From Anaerolineae bacterium (GTDB lineage Bacteria; Chloroflexota; Anaerolineae; UBA1429): a stretch of 64,000 nt of DNA. Location: positions 2,304,001 through 2,368,000 of the forward strand of contig OY776562.1 in NCBI GenBank assembly GCA_963675785.1, written 5' to 3'. Made by a program: the position numbers and the translations under genes. Below, one piece after another: positions 19,460 to 30,010 of this stretch. Every line of letters begins with the position of its first letter. The first letter of the stretch is position 1. The notes below the pieces were generated by a model. That model did not search any database. It was given only the letters and a program-made list of their open reading frames with translations, and was not told the DNA's origin.

Positions 19460-21412
19460 GTGTCTGATTTCGACAACAGAAAAAAGCAGCTTCTCACCTT
19501 TCTGACGCATGACGTCGCCACCACTCCCGTCTTGCAGCAAACTGCCACCAACGAGCGCAACGGTGTGTATCTGACCCTGGCAGCACTAGAGATAGAACGA
19601 CTGGGGCAGACAGACGTCCCCTGGGATGCAGCCCCCATTGATCGGGCTCTAGCCCTGCTCAAGGCGAGGCTGGATTGTTGCGATTTCGCTCAGGCAGCAC
19701 TGCTGCGCCTGCTCTACCGCTATCCCGATTCACAGCTCTTAACGCCTGATTGGCGCCAGCGCATCTCCCAAGGCTCCATCAAGCACATCTATTGGGTGAA
19801 CGAGCCCGGCGAAGAGCACATGTGCTTTTGCACCGAGAACCATCAGATCATCCACCACAGCAACGAATTGCTGGCCGGACAGCGCTGGCCCCAAAAGACC
19901 TTTGATGACGGTAACCTCGGTAACTGGCACCGCCAGCACGCCGAAAAGCTCATCGCCCTCTGGCTCGATTGGCGCCTGCGCTTTGGCTTTTCCGAGTGGA
20001 ATTCCAACTGCTACTATGACGAGGACCTCATCGCTCTGCTAAACCTGGCCGATTATGCCGAGGACCCTGAGATCAAACACCGCTCGACGGCCGTTATCGA
20101 TCTCTTGCTCCTCCATCTGGCCGTGAACTCGTACCAGGGCGTGTTTGGTTCCACCCACGGGCGTACCTACACCCGCATGACCGTTAATCCGCTCAAAGAG
20201 AACACCCGCCCCGTGGCCTGGCTGTGCTTTGGCCTGGGCGGTTACAATAGTGTTTTGAGCATGGGCACCACCATGATGGCCGCCAGCGACTATGCGCCGC
20301 CCGAGATACTGGCGCACCTGGCCGCCGACAGCAGCATCATGGAGAATCGCGAGCGCCACAGCCTGGACGTGACCGAGGCTCCCGAGCATGGCGTCGATCC
20401 TCACGATACTGACAATATTGGCTTTTTCTGGGGGGCACAGGTGTTTCACCATCGCGAGGTTATCGAGGCCTCTCGCTGGCTCTGCACCGAAAAGCATTAC
20501 AAATGGAACCTCATCTGCCAGGCCTACAACTATTACCAGGAACAGGATCACCTGGGACTGCCCTACGAGCCCGATCCCGACTATCAGGCCATGACCCAGG
20601 TCAACATTTATACCTATCGCACCGCCGATTATTTGCTCTCCTGCGCCCAGGATTACCGAAAAGGGCGCCCCGGCTTTCAACAGCATATCTGGCAGGCCAC
20701 CCTGCCCGGTAATGCTGTGGTCTATACCACGCATCCTGGTGCAGAAAATCTGGGTAAAAGCCGCCCCGATTACTGGCACGGCAATGGCCTCATGCCACGA
20801 GCCGTGGCTCACAAGAACGTACTCATCGGTTTATACAAGCTCAATGAGCAGGCCAAGCCACGCTTTACCGACAATGAGATCTCTGGCGCGCACGAGATGC
20901 TGTATTACACCCACGCCTTCTTTCCACAATACCTCATGGATGAAATCACAGAGGCCAACGGCTGGGTGATGGGGCGTGTAGGCAGCAGCTATGTCGCTTT
21001 GCGTGCCCTGGGCAAGATGCACTGGCAGGCTCCCCAGACTGAGATGCTCGAGCTGTTGCCGGGTACATCCTCAACCCTTGCACCTTATGAACTCATTAGC
21101 GAGGGCGCCGAGACGGGCTGGGTGTTAGAATTGGGCAGCGAGCGTGAGAATGGCAGCTACGAGCAGTTTTGCGCTGGCTTTGCCAATGCTGACCTGGAAG
21201 GCGATATCGAGACAGTAACCTATACCTCGCCGAGCCTGGGCCAATTACGCTTCGGTTGGGAAGGACCCGCTCTGCTCAACGGAGAGGCCCTCGATCTCGG
21301 CCCCTACCCCAGAATGGCCAACAAATACTGCGCTTGTCCCTTTGACGCGCCCGATGAACGCGACTATACCATCAGATTCAATGGTGAACAGTACATCATT
21401 CGCTACCGGTGA
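19460..21412 (+). CDS. Uncharacterised ~650 aa protein, paralogue 1 of 3
   Basis: Long ORF with GTG start after AAGGA; shares many motif blocks with the next two genes. Confidence 0.85.
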   Translation: MSDFDNRKKQLLTFLTHDVATTPVLQQTATNERNGVYLTLAALEIERLGQTDVPWDAAPIDRALALLKARLDCCDFAQAALLRLLYRYPDSQLLTPDWRQRISQGSIKHIYWVNEPGEEHMCFCTENHQIIHHSNELLAGQRWPQKTFDDGNLGNWHRQHAEKLIALWLDWRLRFGFSEWNSNCYYDEDLIALLNLADYAEDPEIKHRSTAVIDLLLLHLAVNSYQGVFGSTHGRTYTRMTVNPLKENTRPVAWLCFGLGGYNSVLSMGTTMMAASDYAPPEILAHLAADSSIMENRERHSLDVTEAPEHGVDPHDTDNIGFFWGAQVFHHREVIEASRWLCTEKHYKWNLICQAYNYYQEQDHLGLPYEPDPDYQAMTQVNIYTYRTADYLLSCAQDYRKGRPGFQQHIWQATLPGNAVVYTTHPGAENLGKSRPDYWHGNGLMPRAVAHKNVLIGLYKLNEQAKPRFTDNEISGAHEMLYYTHAFFPQYLMDEITEANGWVMGRVGSSYVALRALGKMHWQAPQTEMLELLPGTSSTLAPYELISEGAETGWVLELGSERENGSYEQFCAGFANADLEGDIETVTYTSPSLGQLRFGWEGPALLNGEALDLGPYPRMANKYCACPFDAPDERDYTIRFNGEQYIIRYR

Positions 21413-21427
21413 TGATAGGAGACGCAC

Positions 21428-23401
21428 GTGACCACCATGTCGACTGATCAGGAACGCCGCATCGAGTACCTTCGACTATTGGCATTTGAGCCGGACAAGC
21501 CGCTGGTGCCCTATGCCAGCTGGCAGGCTCCTGCTGGCAATGCCTTTCGCCAAATTGCCCGACTGGAGCTGGAAAAACGCGGCGAAAAGACGCTGCCCCT
21601 TGCTGCCGAGGATATTCGTGCTTCGCTCAAGCGCATGAATGATCGCCTGGATTGCGCCGATTTCGACCTGACGGCGTTAGTGCGTATGCTCTACCGCTAC
21701 CCCCAGTCGAATTTGCTGAATAACACCCTACGTGAAGAGATGCGTCGCGAGATGCTGCGCTTTACCTATTGGGTGGATGAGCCGGGCTGCAGCAACATGA
21801 TCTTTTCCACCGAGAATCACCAGATCATCTACCATGTAGACGAACTTTTGGTGGGCAGCCTGTGGCCCGATGACATCTTTGGCAACAACGGCGAAACTGG
21901 CCGCTGGCACGCCCAACACGCCCAACGCCATATCACCAAGTGGCTGGATTGGCGCATTCGCTTTGGCTTTTCCGAGTGGAACTCGAACTGCTATTTCGAA
22001 GAAGATCTCATTGCCCTGCTGAACCTAAGCGAATTTGCGCCCGACGAAACCACCCGTACCAAGGCCCGGCGTGTCATCGATCTGATCATGCTGCATCTGG
22101 CAGTCAACAGCTTTGACGGGGTGTTTGGCTCACCCCACGGGCGCACGTATGCGCGTATGTTGCTGAACCCGCTGAACGAGAATACCCGTCCGCTGGCCTG
22201 GATGGCCTTTGGCATGGGCAGCCTGAGCAATTACCGCATGGGGGCCACCCTGCTGGCCTGCAGCGATTATGCCGTACCCGAGATCATCGCCAAAATCGCT
22301 CAGGATACCGGCAGCGTCATCGAAAACCGCGAACGTCACAGCCTCAATGTCGAAGAAGCCCGCGATCATGACGTCTATCCCGAGCTAATGAGCGATCTCA
22401 TGTTTTTCTGGGGCTGTCAGAATTTTCACCATCGAGATATCATCGATGCCTCCATGGCCTTTTGCCCATCAGAGCACCGCGTCGAATACCCCAAAATCGA
22501 GGCTGCCTATACGTACTATCATAACAGCGAGGAACGCGGTCTACCTTGGGTGCCCACCCGAGACCATCAGGGCATGTCCCAGGTCAACATCTATACCTAC
22601 CGCACGCCGAGCTATATGCTCTCTTGTGCCCAGGATTTTCGCAAGGGTGAGTTCGGCTGGCAAGCCCACATCTGGCAGGCTACCTTGGGAGATCGTGCTG
22701 TGGTTTATACCACCCATCCCGGCGCTGAAGACACGGGTACCAGTCGACCCGATTACTGGCACGGCAATGATATCATGCCCCGCGCCGTAGCTTACAAGAA
22801 CACCGCCATCTGTCTGTATCGCTCGACACCGCCTGTAAACCCTGCTGACAAAATCAACCCTTTACCAGCGATTTTGGAACGAACGACCGGCTTGGATATG
22901 ACCCATGCCTTTTTCCCTAAATACGCCTTTGATGAAATACGTGAACAGGACGGTTGGGTGATGGGGCGCGCGGGTCAAGCTTATGTGGGACTCTGGTCGT
23001 TGGTGCCAGCACAATGGGCTGAGCCTCAAGATGAGGTTGTGGCTTTGCTGCCCATTGAACCCGACGAGACCGTTACTCCCTACGAATTGATTGCTGCGGG
23101 GCGTACCAATGCCTGGATTTGTGAGCTGGGCGATGCCGAAACCTATGACGATTTCGATGCCTTTTGCGCCGCCCTGGCCACCACGCAACCCGCGGGGGAT
23201 ACGGAAATACTCAGCTACACCTCGCCTTCCTCGGGTGAGATAACCTTTGGCTGGGAGAACAATCTGATAGTCGATGGACAGGTCATCGATCTAGGGCCTT
23301 ATCCGCGCATCGACAATCGCTTCTGCTCAGTTCCGTTTGACAATCCGAACGTACCGACCGAGTATGACATCAAATATATCGATAGTCGCTATCGCATTTA
23401 G
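21428..23401 (+). CDS. Uncharacterised ~650 aa protein, paralogue 2 of 3
   Basis: Long ORF after AGGAGA; same motif blocks. Confidence 0.85.
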   Translation: MTTMSTDQERRIEYLRLLAFEPDKPLVPYASWQAPAGNAFRQIARLELEKRGEKTLPLAAEDIRASLKRMNDRLDCADFDLTALVRMLYRYPQSNLLNNTLREEMRREMLRFTYWVDEPGCSNMIFSTENHQIIYHVDELLVGSLWPDDIFGNNGETGRWHAQHAQRHITKWLDWRIRFGFSEWNSNCYFEEDLIALLNLSEFAPDETTRTKARRVIDLIMLHLAVNSFDGVFGSPHGRTYARMLLNPLNENTRPLAWMAFGMGSLSNYRMGATLLACSDYAVPEIIAKIAQDTGSVIENRERHSLNVEEARDHDVYPELMSDLMFFWGCQNFHHRDIIDASMAFCPSEHRVEYPKIEAAYTYYHNSEERGLPWVPTRDHQGMSQVNIYTYRTPSYMLSCAQDFRKGEFGWQAHIWQATLGDRAVVYTTHPGAEDTGTSRPDYWHGNDIMPRAVAYKNTAICLYRSTPPVNPADKINPLPAILERTTGLDMTHAFFPKYAFDEIREQDGWVMGRAGQAYVGLWSLVPAQWAEPQDEVVALLPIEPDETVTPYELIAAGRTNAWICELGDAETYDDFDAFCAALATTQPAGDTEILSYTSPSSGEITFGWENNLIVDGQVIDLGPYPRIDNRFCSVPFDNPNVPTEYDIKYIDSRYRI

Positions 23402-23413
23402 GAGTGTAACCCC

Positions 23414-25357
23414 ATGACTGCATTGCAAGAACGACGATCCGAATTTCTAGAATATACAGGCTCTCCCGATGTTGATCTCCCCTGGCGCAAAGATCAACAC
23501 TGGTCGTACGTCCGTGGCCCTTTCCTTGAACTGCCCAAACTGGAACGCGAAAAACTAGGTTTGCCAGCTTGTGAGTTGGATGAAGGTAATATTCAAGCAG
23601 CGCTTTCTGGCATGGTCTCTCGCATCGACTGCTGCGACTTTGCCGAAACAGCACTGATGCGCATGCTCTATCGTTACCCCAATTCGTCCATGCTCACACC
23701 CAAACTCCGCGAGGAAATCAAAAAAACAGCCCTGCAGCACATCTACTGGGTAGATGAGCCCGGCGAAGAGCACATGTGCTTTTGCACCGAAAACCACCAG
23801 ATCATCCATCACAGTAACGAACTGTTGGCTGGTCAGCTCTGGCCTGATGAGGTATTCACCAACAACGGCAAAACCGGCGATTGGCACATTCACCATGCCG
23901 AGGGCATGATTCGTCGTTGGCTGGATTGGCGCATCCGCTTTGGCTTTTCCGAGTGGAACTCGAACTGTTACTACGACGAAGATCTCCTCGGCCTATTCAA
24001 CTTGGCCGACTATGCCGACGATCCCGATATCCGCTCCGCCGCCAAGAGCGTTATCGACCTGCTCTTGTTCCACGTCGCGCTCAATTCCTACAAGGGCCTC
24101 ATGGGCTGTACCCACGGCCGAACCTATGCTCGCAATATCGTTAACACAGCGCGCGACGGCGTGCGTAGCCTAGTGTGGCTGGGCTGGGGCGTCGGTGACT
24201 ATCGCTATCTCATGAACATGTCTGCCATTGTGCTGACCTGCAGTGACTATCAGCTTCCCGAGGTCATCGCCAATATCGCTAACGACCTTCCTAAAGAAGC
24301 AATTATCAAAGAACGCCATAGTCTGGACGTTGAACAGGCTCGTCTCTTTGATGTCTACCCCGAACGCATGGAAGATCTGGCTTTCTTCTGGGGCGCACAG
24401 GTCTTTTGTCATCGCCAGGTCATTGAAAACTCGTTGAAATGGGCCGACAAGGGCCGTGATGGCCTCAACGCCCGCATCTGGGCTTATTGGGATCACCATG
24501 AAGAATGCGACCGCCTGGGCATCCAGAGCGAGCAGGATCCTGATGACACCGCCATGACTCGTGTCAACATCTATACCTACAAGACGCCAGATTACATGCT
24601 GAGCTGCGCCCAAGACTATCGCAAGGGCAAGACAGGCTTCCAGCAGCACATTTGGCAAGCAACCCTGGGCGACGGCGCCGCCGTCTTTAGCACTCAGCCT
24701 GGCGCGCAGGACGTGGGCACGAGTCGCCCCGATTACTGGCACGGCAATGCCCGCCTGCCCCGTGTCGCCGCTCATCGCAACGTGCTCATCGCCCTGTATC
24801 GCTTTGAGCCAGAAATCTCGCGCAAGTGGATGTGGTACACCCATGCCTTCTTCCCACAGCAGAATTTTGACGAGTTTGTGGAAAAGAACGGCTGGTACAT
24901 CGGCCGCAAGGGTAATGGCTATGTAGCTCTTACTTCGCTCATGCCCACCGAGTGGGCACCTCCCCGAGAAGATGTGGGCGAACTGATGAAGCCTGATGGC
25001 GCCGCCGGTGAAAACTGGAAGGTCGAAAAGCACGAGATCATCGCCCAGGGTGCCAAGAACGCCTGGATTTGCGAGATGGGTAATGCTGAATCTAACGGCA
25101 CATTCGAGCAGTTCGTCGAGACTGTCAGCTCTCGCCGCCCTGCGGGCGACCCATTGCGCATGACCTATGACTCGCCCTCTGTCGGATCTATCGAGTTTGG
25201 CTGGAGTCTGCCTTTTCTAGTCGACGGCCAGGAAATCGCCCTCGGCGATTACCCGCTGTTCGATAATCCTTACTGCCAGGCGCCGTTCGATTCGCGCAAA
25301 TTCGAGCTCAGCCTGGGCGATGAGCGCTATACCATCGAGCCGCCGACCCTAGTCTAA
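23414..25357 (+). CDS. Uncharacterised ~650 aa protein, paralogue 3 of 3
   Basis: Long ORF after AGGAG; same motif blocks. Confidence 0.85.
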   Translation: MTALQERRSEFLEYTGSPDVDLPWRKDQHWSYVRGPFLELPKLEREKLGLPACELDEGNIQAALSGMVSRIDCCDFAETALMRMLYRYPNSSMLTPKLREEIKKTALQHIYWVDEPGEEHMCFCTENHQIIHHSNELLAGQLWPDEVFTNNGKTGDWHIHHAEGMIRRWLDWRIRFGFSEWNSNCYYDEDLLGLFNLADYADDPDIRSAAKSVIDLLLFHVALNSYKGLMGCTHGRTYARNIVNTARDGVRSLVWLGWGVGDYRYLMNMSAIVLTCSDYQLPEVIANIANDLPKEAIIKERHSLDVEQARLFDVYPERMEDLAFFWGAQVFCHRQVIENSLKWADKGRDGLNARIWAYWDHHEECDRLGIQSEQDPDDTAMTRVNIYTYKTPDYMLSCAQDYRKGKTGFQQHIWQATLGDGAAVFSTQPGAQDVGTSRPDYWHGNARLPRVAAHRNVLIALYRFEPEISRKWMWYTHAFFPQQNFDEFVEKNGWYIGRKGNGYVALTSLMPTEWAPPREDVGELMKPDGAAGENWKVEKHEIIAQGAKNAWICEMGNAESNGTFEQFVETVSSRRPAGDPLRMTYDSPSVGSIEFGWSLPFLVDGQEIALGDYPLFDNPYCQAPFDSRKFELSLGDERYTIEPPTLV

Positions 25358-25363
25358 AAACAA

Positions 25364-25399
25364 TACACTCGACCAGAGGTAAAATTCTGGTCGAGTGTA
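25364..25399 (+). terminator. 14-bp inverted repeat directly after the third paralogue (no U-tract)
   Basis: tacactcgaccaga-ggtaaaat-tctggtcgagtgta. Confidence 0.5.
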
Positions 25400-25502
25400 C
25401 TGGCAGTAAATGCCGTTCATCTGCGTGCAATCCCACGGGCAATATGTATAATGCCCTCACTGTAAGAATCTCTCAACAGAGATTCATTTGAAGGAGAGAA
25501 AA

Positions 25503-26279
25503 ATGGCGAAACTACTCATCGGTGCGCAACTCTACAACGTGCGCGAGTTCACTCAGACTTTTGATGGCCTCAAAGAGACCATGGAAAAGGTCGCAGCCAT
25601 CGGCTACACCACCTGCCAGATATCTGGTGTAGGGGCCGATATTCCTGCTTCTGATATCGGTATGCTGGCCAAGGATAATGGCCTGACCATCGCCTGCACC
25701 CATATGGCTTGGTCGCGCTTTTTGAATGACCTGGACAGCGTCATTGCCGATCACAAGGCCATGGGCTGCGTCCATCCTGCCATTGGCAGCCTGCCCCCCG
25801 AATACCGCACCTTTGACAGCATCAAGCAATTCCGCGATGAGTTGTACCCCATCGCCGAAAAACTGGCCGCTGAAGGCTTGGACTTTTCCTATCACAACCA
25901 CAGCCACGAGTTCATCCGCGAGAATGGCAAGACCTGGCTAGAGATGCTGTACGAGACCTGTGATGCCGACCACCTCAAGGCTGAAATCGACACCTATTGG
26001 GTACAGGCCGGCGGCGGAGACCCCGCGCTGTGGGTAGAGAAAATGGCCGGCCGCGAGCCCCTCTTGCACCTCAAGGACATGATAGTAACCGTCGATAGAG
26101 AACAGCGCTTCTCCCCCATCGGCGAGGGCAACCTCAACTGGCCGCGTATTCTGGGCATTGCCGAGAACAGCGGCGTGGACTATATGCTCTGCGAGCAGGA
26201 TCGCTGTTGGGATGGCATGGATCCCTTTGATGCCCTGGCCATGAGCTACCGTAACCTTACTTCCTGGGGTTACAAATAA
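25503..26279 (+). CDS. Sugar phosphate isomerase/epimerase (xylose-isomerase-like TIM barrel)
   Basis: GAQLYNVRE, YHNHSHEF, EIDTYW, LHLKD, IGEG.LNW, EQD. Confidence 0.9.
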   Translation: MAKLLIGAQLYNVREFTQTFDGLKETMEKVAAIGYTTCQISGVGADIPASDIGMLAKDNGLTIACTHMAWSRFLNDLDSVIADHKAMGCVHPAIGSLPPEYRTFDSIKQFRDELYPIAEKLAAEGLDFSYHNHSHEFIRENGKTWLEMLYETCDADHLKAEIDTYWVQAGGGDPALWVEKMAGREPLLHLKDMIVTVDREQRFSPIGEGNLNWPRILGIAENSGVDYMLCEQDRCWDGMDPFDALAMSYRNLTSWGYK

Positions 26280-26298
26280 ACGAGGTACATGCTCTGTG

Positions 26299-26325
26299 GG
26301 GAGGCTTTAGCAAGCCTCCCTTTTT
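26299..26325 (+). terminator. Intrinsic terminator between the isomerase and EEP genes
   Basis: gggaggctt-tagc-aagcctccc-ttttt. Confidence 0.7.
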
Positions 26326-26342
26326 CTATCGAGGAGACTGCC

Positions 26343-27122
26343 ATGAAATTCCTGTCCTGCAACATTCGTTATTCGGGTGCACAAGATGGCCCCAACAACT
26401 GGCCGCTACGCCGCGAGCTCTGCGCTGAGGTCATCAAACGCCAAAAAGCCGAGGTCATCTGCTTTCAAGAGATGTCGCGCGAACAGTACATTTATCTACG
26501 AGAAGCTCTGCCCGAATACGATGCCTATGGTATCATCGATGAGCCCCTGGGCATGAACCCCGTAAACTCGATCTTTTGGCTGCGCGAGCGACTCACGGCT
26601 CTATCATGCAGTGGCTACTGGCTCTCAGAGACGCCCCAGATCTGTGGTTCCAAGTCGTGGGGCAGCCGCTGTATTCGCCTGGCCAACTGGGCCATCCTCC
26701 TCGACAAAAAGAGCGGCTATCAGTTCCGCGTGATAGCTACCCACCTGGATCACATCAGTCAGCAAGCGCGTGAGGAACAGGCCAAGATGATCGTGGCCGA
26801 GAGCGACAGCATGCCAGACCTGCCGCAGGTGCTGCTCGGCGATATGAACTCGGCACCGGATAACCCCGCCATGGCCATATTCCGTCAGGGCGGCTGGACC
26901 GATACCTATGAGTCGGTCCATGGCCTCCTCAACCCCGGGCGCAGCTTCCATCATTTCCAGGGTGAAGCCTTTGTAGAAGAGCCAGACAAGATCGATTACA
27001 TCTATTGCCGTGGTCGGCTTTATCCTCAGACAGCGACCCTTATCAAGGACAATGACGAGGGACGTTATCCCAGCGATCACTATTTCCTTTCGGCTGACCT
27101 GGGCTTACCAGAACATCCCTAA
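26343..27122 (+). CDS. Endonuclease/exonuclease/phosphatase family protein
   Basis: SCNIR, FQE, THLDH, GDMN, KIDYIY, PSDH. Confidence 0.9.
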   Translation: MKFLSCNIRYSGAQDGPNNWPLRRELCAEVIKRQKAEVICFQEMSREQYIYLREALPEYDAYGIIDEPLGMNPVNSIFWLRERLTALSCSGYWLSETPQICGSKSWGSRCIRLANWAILLDKKSGYQFRVIATHLDHISQQAREEQAKMIVAESDSMPDLPQVLLGDMNSAPDNPAMAIFRQGGWTDTYESVHGLLNPGRSFHHFQGEAFVEEPDKIDYIYCRGRLYPQTATLIKDNDEGRYPSDHYFLSADLGLPEHP

Positions 27123-27154
27123 ACGTAGGGCATACCCAATCTCTTGAATAAGAA

Positions 27155-27182
27155 AACAGGGCGGCTACAAAGCCGCCCTGTT
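27155..27182. terminator. Terminator between convergent EEP and ftsH genes
   Basis: aacagggcggct-acaa-agccgccctgtt. Confidence 0.75.
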
Positions 27183-27196
27183 GCGTTTACACTAGC

Positions 27197-29059
27197 TTAT
27201 TTAGATTCGGTCAATGCAAACTGTTGGGCAATCTCTCGAATCTGCTCGCCAGAGATAACCTCGTGTTCCTGAAGCACCGTCGCTACCTGATTCAACGCTT
27301 CCTCGTTCACCCGCAACAACGTAAAAGCCTGATCCTGCGCTGCCTGAATTAAAGAACGCGTCTCCACGTCAATCAAGGCCGTGGTTTCTGGGCTGAGATC
27401 AGAACGCGTGCCTGTGATCCGATCCAGATAACCAGCCCCTGCCGTTGGCGCATAGCGCACCGGGCCGAGTTTTTCATTCATGCCGAACTCGGTGATCATC
27501 CGGCGAGCTAACTCGGTAGCACGTTCCAAGTCATTCGCCGCACCGGTCGAAACATCGTCAAAGATCAACAGCTCGGCCGCCCGACCTCCCAGCATCACCG
27601 CCATGCGTTCCCGCAGTTCTTGCTCACTGAGAAGGTATTGATCCTCATCCGGCATTTGCATGGTATAGCCCAGGGCACCCTTGGCCGTAGGAATGATGCT
27701 CACCTTGTGCACCGGATCAGTATGGGGCAAGAGTTGAGCCACCAGAGCATGGCCGCCTTCATGGTAGGCCACCCTACGCCGAACCGCGGGCTTGAGTGGC
27801 ATCTTGCGCTGCAGGCCAGCCACCACGCGCTCAATAGCCAGATCAAAGTCAACCATAGTTACCGAGTTGCTGTTGCGCCGCACAGCTAAAAGTGCAGCCT
27901 CGTTGACAATATTGGCCAAATCGGCGCCAGAGAAACCCGGCGTAATCTGGGCAATGCGCCCTAAATTTACACCAGGGGCCAGTGAAACGCCACGCGTGTG
28001 AATATCCAAAATCTGCCGACGCCCCTCGTCAGTAGGCAGGCTAACCTCCACTTGCCGATCGAATCGCCCCGGGCGTAATAACGCACGATCGAGAATCTCG
28101 GGGCGGTTGGTTGCCCCCATGATGATCACCCCGGCATTCGCCTCAAAGCCATCCATTTCCGAGAGGAGCTGATTCAACGTTTGTTCGCGCTCATCATTAC
28201 TGCCAAAACTGCCCACTGTCGAGCGAGATTGGCCGATGGCATCGATTTCATCGATAAAGACGATACAGGGTGCTTTGGCCTTGGCTTGCACAAAGAGATC
28301 ACGCACACGGGCTGCGCCCACGCCCACAAACATCTCCACAAAGTCCGAGCCATTGATGGAGAAAAAGGGCACTCCGGCCTCACCAGCTGTGGCCCTGGCG
28401 AGTAGCGTTTTTCCGGTGCCAGGAGGGCCAACAAGCAATACGCCCTTGGGGAGCTTGGCGCCCAGCTTGGTAAAGCGAGCGGGGTCCTTTAGGAAATCAA
28501 TGATCTCCTTGAGCTCGACTTCGACCTCATCAACACCGCCGACATCCTCAAACTTGACGCCCGTCAGTTCACCGGCTATTTCGCGGGCTTTACTCTTGCC
28601 CACCGACATGACGCCTGCGCCACCGCCGCCCAACTGCCCCATCCGCCTAAAGGCGAAATACCAGATGGCTACGAGCGGCAAAATCGTGAGGGCCCATCCC
28701 AAAATAGTCGTCAAAAAGCTCTCAGATTGATCCTCCGCAGAAAAGATCACGCCTGCTGCCAACAAATCATCGATAAGCGCGGGATCTTCAACCCGTATGG
28801 TGCTGAACTGTTGATCGACCTCATTGGCATTGCCGTCAGTCACCGTCTCGCAGCAAGTATAGTAAATCTTGTCTACATCGAGCGTGACCTCTTTGATGTT
28901 TCCTGCCGCCAACTGTTCGCGAAATTCGCTATAGGGAACCTCTTGCACCTGCATTACATAAGGGGTATACAGAAAAGTACGAAAGACGGTCGCAAGCACC
29001 AGTGCCACCACAAAGAACCATGCTGAAAAACGAACTTGCTTGCGTTGTTTATTATCCAA
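27197..29059 (-). CDS. ftsH: ATP-dependent zinc metalloprotease FtsH
   Basis: Two TM helices, [29 protein letters not shown]; TTG start at 29059 after AGGAG. Confidence 0.96.
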   Translation of the reverse strand: MDNKQRKQVRFSAWFFVVALVLATVFRTFLYTPYVMQVQEVPYSEFREQLAAGNIKEVTLDVDKIYYTCCETVTDGNANEVDQQFSTIRVEDPALIDDLLAAGVIFSAEDQSESFLTTILGWALTILPLVAIWYFAFRRMGQLGGGGAGVMSVGKSKAREIAGELTGVKFEDVGGVDEVEVELKEIIDFLKDPARFTKLGAKLPKGVLLVGPPGTGKTLLARATAGEAGVPFFSINGSDFVEMFVGVGAARVRDLFVQAKAKAPCIVFIDEIDAIGQSRSTVGSFGSNDEREQTLNQLLSEMDGFEANAGVIIMGATNRPEILDRALLRPGRFDRQVEVSLPTDEGRRQILDIHTRGVSLAPGVNLGRIAQITPGFSGADLANIVNEAALLAVRRNSNSVTMVDFDLAIERVVAGLQRKMPLKPAVRRRVAYHEGGHALVAQLLPHTDPVHKVSIIPTAKGALGYTMQMPDEDQYLLSEQELRERMAVMLGGRAAELLIFDDVSTGAANDLERATELARRMITEFGMNEKLGPVRYAPTAGAGYLDRITGTRSDLSPETTALIDVETRSLIQAAQDQAFTLLRVNEEALNQVATVLQEHEVISGEQIREIAQQFALTESK

Positions 29060-29093
29060 TCTTTTCTCCTTGCGCCTCACCGGCAACCAACTA

Positions 29094-29924
29094 TCAATCG
29101 CCGCCATATACCTCTTGCTCAGAAAGCGAGCCGTCAGGGTTCACGTGATAGGTATAGATCAATCCCGAATCGTCCTGATAGTATATGATTGAACCGAGAA
29201 CCGTGGCAAGAATATCCTCATTGCTCTGTACGTTCTCATAATAGTAATCGCCGTTGTTGGTGATAAAGATCGCCGGAGGGATATAGTCATCCAGCCCTGA
29301 CAGGGTCGTCCAATTGATGACGGATTGCTGCCCAGAGACCGGGTTCTCATACCCTGCATAGTTATAGCCATCCGCTACCGTACGCTCAGTTAGGCTGCCC
29401 TGCTCTAGCAGTCGCTCGAGCTTGACGCTCCAATAGAGGTCTTCTTCCTCATCGGGGTTGCTATCCAGCGTAACGTGGCTTTTGTAGGCATCAGCAATGG
29501 TTGAACCATCGGCAAGAATACTATTCTGCAGCGTGCCGTTGTAGACGGTGTTCATGGCTGCCAGACATTCAGGCACAGCCGTTACCGGGTCATAGAATAC
29601 CTGAAGCGACGTACCCTCCTCATCCCACCAGTAATAGAATTCCGTCTCTCCATCGAGATAAGATTCAAAGCCATACGCAACATTTGGACCTATCTTGACG
29701 GGCACGGCTGAACTCAGACCGACAATTTGCTCCGCTCCTTCAGCAACATCCAAAGTGTTGTACGAAAGGATTGCCGTCTCCACGACCTCTTTCTCAGCCA
29801 TGGCAGAACGTTGTGCTGCCGCTCCTAACACATTCCCTGTAGAAGCTGCAGCCACACTAACAAGTACCGCAATGATCGCCAAGACGATCAAAAGTTCAAT
29901 CAGTGTAAAACCTCGATTACGCAT
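29094..29924 (-). CDS. Prepilin-type (class III signal) pilin-like protein
   Basis: MRNRG/FTLIELLIVLAIIAVL. Confidence 0.85.
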   Translation of the reverse strand: MRNRGFTLIELLIVLAIIAVLVSVAAASTGNVLGAAAQRSAMAEKEVVETAILSYNTLDVAEGAEQIVGLSSAVPVKIGPNVAYGFESYLDGETEFYYWWDEEGTSLQVFYDPVTAVPECLAAMNTVYNGTLQNSILADGSTIADAYKSHVTLDSNPDEEEDLYWSVKLERLLEQGSLTERTVADGYNYAGYENPVSGQQSVINWTTLSGLDDYIPPAIFITNNGDYYYENVQSNEDILATVLGSIIYYQDDSGLIYTYHVNPDGSLSEQEVYGGD

Positions 29925-30010
29925 CTTCCCCCCGAACGAACGTAAATATTCCGTCTATAACCATAGTATAGAGAACGGGGTATTGGGGGGCATAAAGTCA
30001 GTATAAAACG

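Noticed and set aside
29060-29107. Overlap between the pilin gene and ftsH
   Set aside because: A TTG start at 29059 with an AGGAG site fits better and removes the overlap.
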